The notes under the pieces were generated by a model. The model was not told the DNA's origin. It ran no database searches and saw only the letters and a program-made list of their open reading frames with translations. The translations under genes and the position numbers were made by a program. A stretch of DNA of 64,000 nucleotides from Lama guanicoe. Taxonomy: Eukaryota. Below are positions 63,011-64,000 of the stretch, piece by piece (the stretch's first letter is position 1; every line of letters starts with the position of its first letter). The stretch spans positions 7,181,220 to 7,245,219 of the forward strand of contig MU054323.1 of assembly GCA_013239625.1 (NCBI GenBank). Direction: 5' to 3'.

Positions 63011-64000
63011 TCAGGGGGCTCTTCTCAGTCTCTCTGTGGTTGGAGACAGTGAGAGAAGGTAAGGGGCTGGAGAGAAGAGTTCTTCCCTCGTCAACCCAAG
63101 TGCTTGCCTCAGAAAACAGAAAGATTTGAAGTTGAGAGGTGAACTCAAATCACTTGGCTCAGTTCCAGCCTTCTCTTCTGCCTCTTAGGTAATCTTCCTC
63201 AATTGTCAGCATCATCAGTTGCCCACCCTCTGATACGGAAAGATTCATTCTATCCAGACACTAGTCACGCACCCTAGGTTAGACACAGACCTCGGCTCTA
63301 TCCTGTCCTGTCTTACTCCCCATTCTAGAAATGGATCCTCTCATCTGTTTCTCCAGTTTCCCTGGGCAATCAACCCTTTCTATTCCTAAGTTCCGGACCA
63401 CAATTCTAGTTTTGTTGTGATGCCTAATGATGAAATCACTGTTTTGTATTTAAAGAGCACGGTTCCTTCCCCAGCTGCTCGACCACCACCAAACGCCCCA
63501 CAAGAGCTTGCCTGCTCCCATGCTCATGTGCCGTTTTGGAGTTCTTAGGATCACATCTAACGTAAGCTGTCCCCAGATTAAACTCCTTCTTTCTACGTGC
63601 ATCTTCCAGACCCATAAATACATTTATTCTCTCAACAGTTATTTACTAAGGCCATGGTATAGCCAAGCATCCTCTCTGCCATCCCACTGACAAATTAATT
63701 TAGACCCAAGCATGCTCCCACCTGAACAGCCTCCATCCTTTCACACCTCCCCCTCATCTTTCAGTCTATGACTATGACCCGCATGCCCATTCCTTCTCAA
63801 AACTTGCTCCAGAATTGCTCTCACCCTACTGAGGAGAATAAAAGCCTTGATACGTAGCTCAGAGGGCCATTCAACCTAATCTCACCCTCATCTCACCCCG
63901 GCTACTGAATTGAGGACCCATGGCCCTCAAACTTCAAGGCTCCGCAGCGGTTTGCAGCACACCAGATTCAGAGGGGAGAAAAGTCTCACCTTCAACGTGC

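Overview
Mammalian genomic DNA, probably camelid (inferred from repeated tRNA-derived SINEs resembling the camelid Vic-1 family). It covers the syntenic POMC-DNMT3A interval, with both genes on the minus strand. The left end holds POMC exon 2 (first 44 codons), exon 1 and the TATA promoter with Pitx/Tpit, E-box and NurRE-type elements. Further upstream lie a candidate -7 kb pituitary enhancer and the neuronal enhancers nPE2 and nPE1. POMC exon 3 is outside the window. The right end holds DNMT3A exons 7-23 (human numbering, aa 214-912, all GT-AG, frame continuous) and a ~6.3 kb 3'UTR with two poly(A) signals. The intergenic ~39 kb is mostly L1/L2/MIR/LTR/DNA-transposon remnants, plus three promoter-like CpG-rich patches with no recognisable gene and one 26-N gap. 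I found no convincing new protein-coding gene or self-evidently novel system. The best leads are regulatory: an altered POMC proximal NBRE/nGRE, a DNMT3A Ser390->Asn change at a reported CK2 site, orphan promoters at ~31, ~38 and ~44 kb, and a miR-29 site sitting on the proximal DNMT3A cleavage zone. Orthologue and repeat-family comparisons are from memory and need database confirmation.
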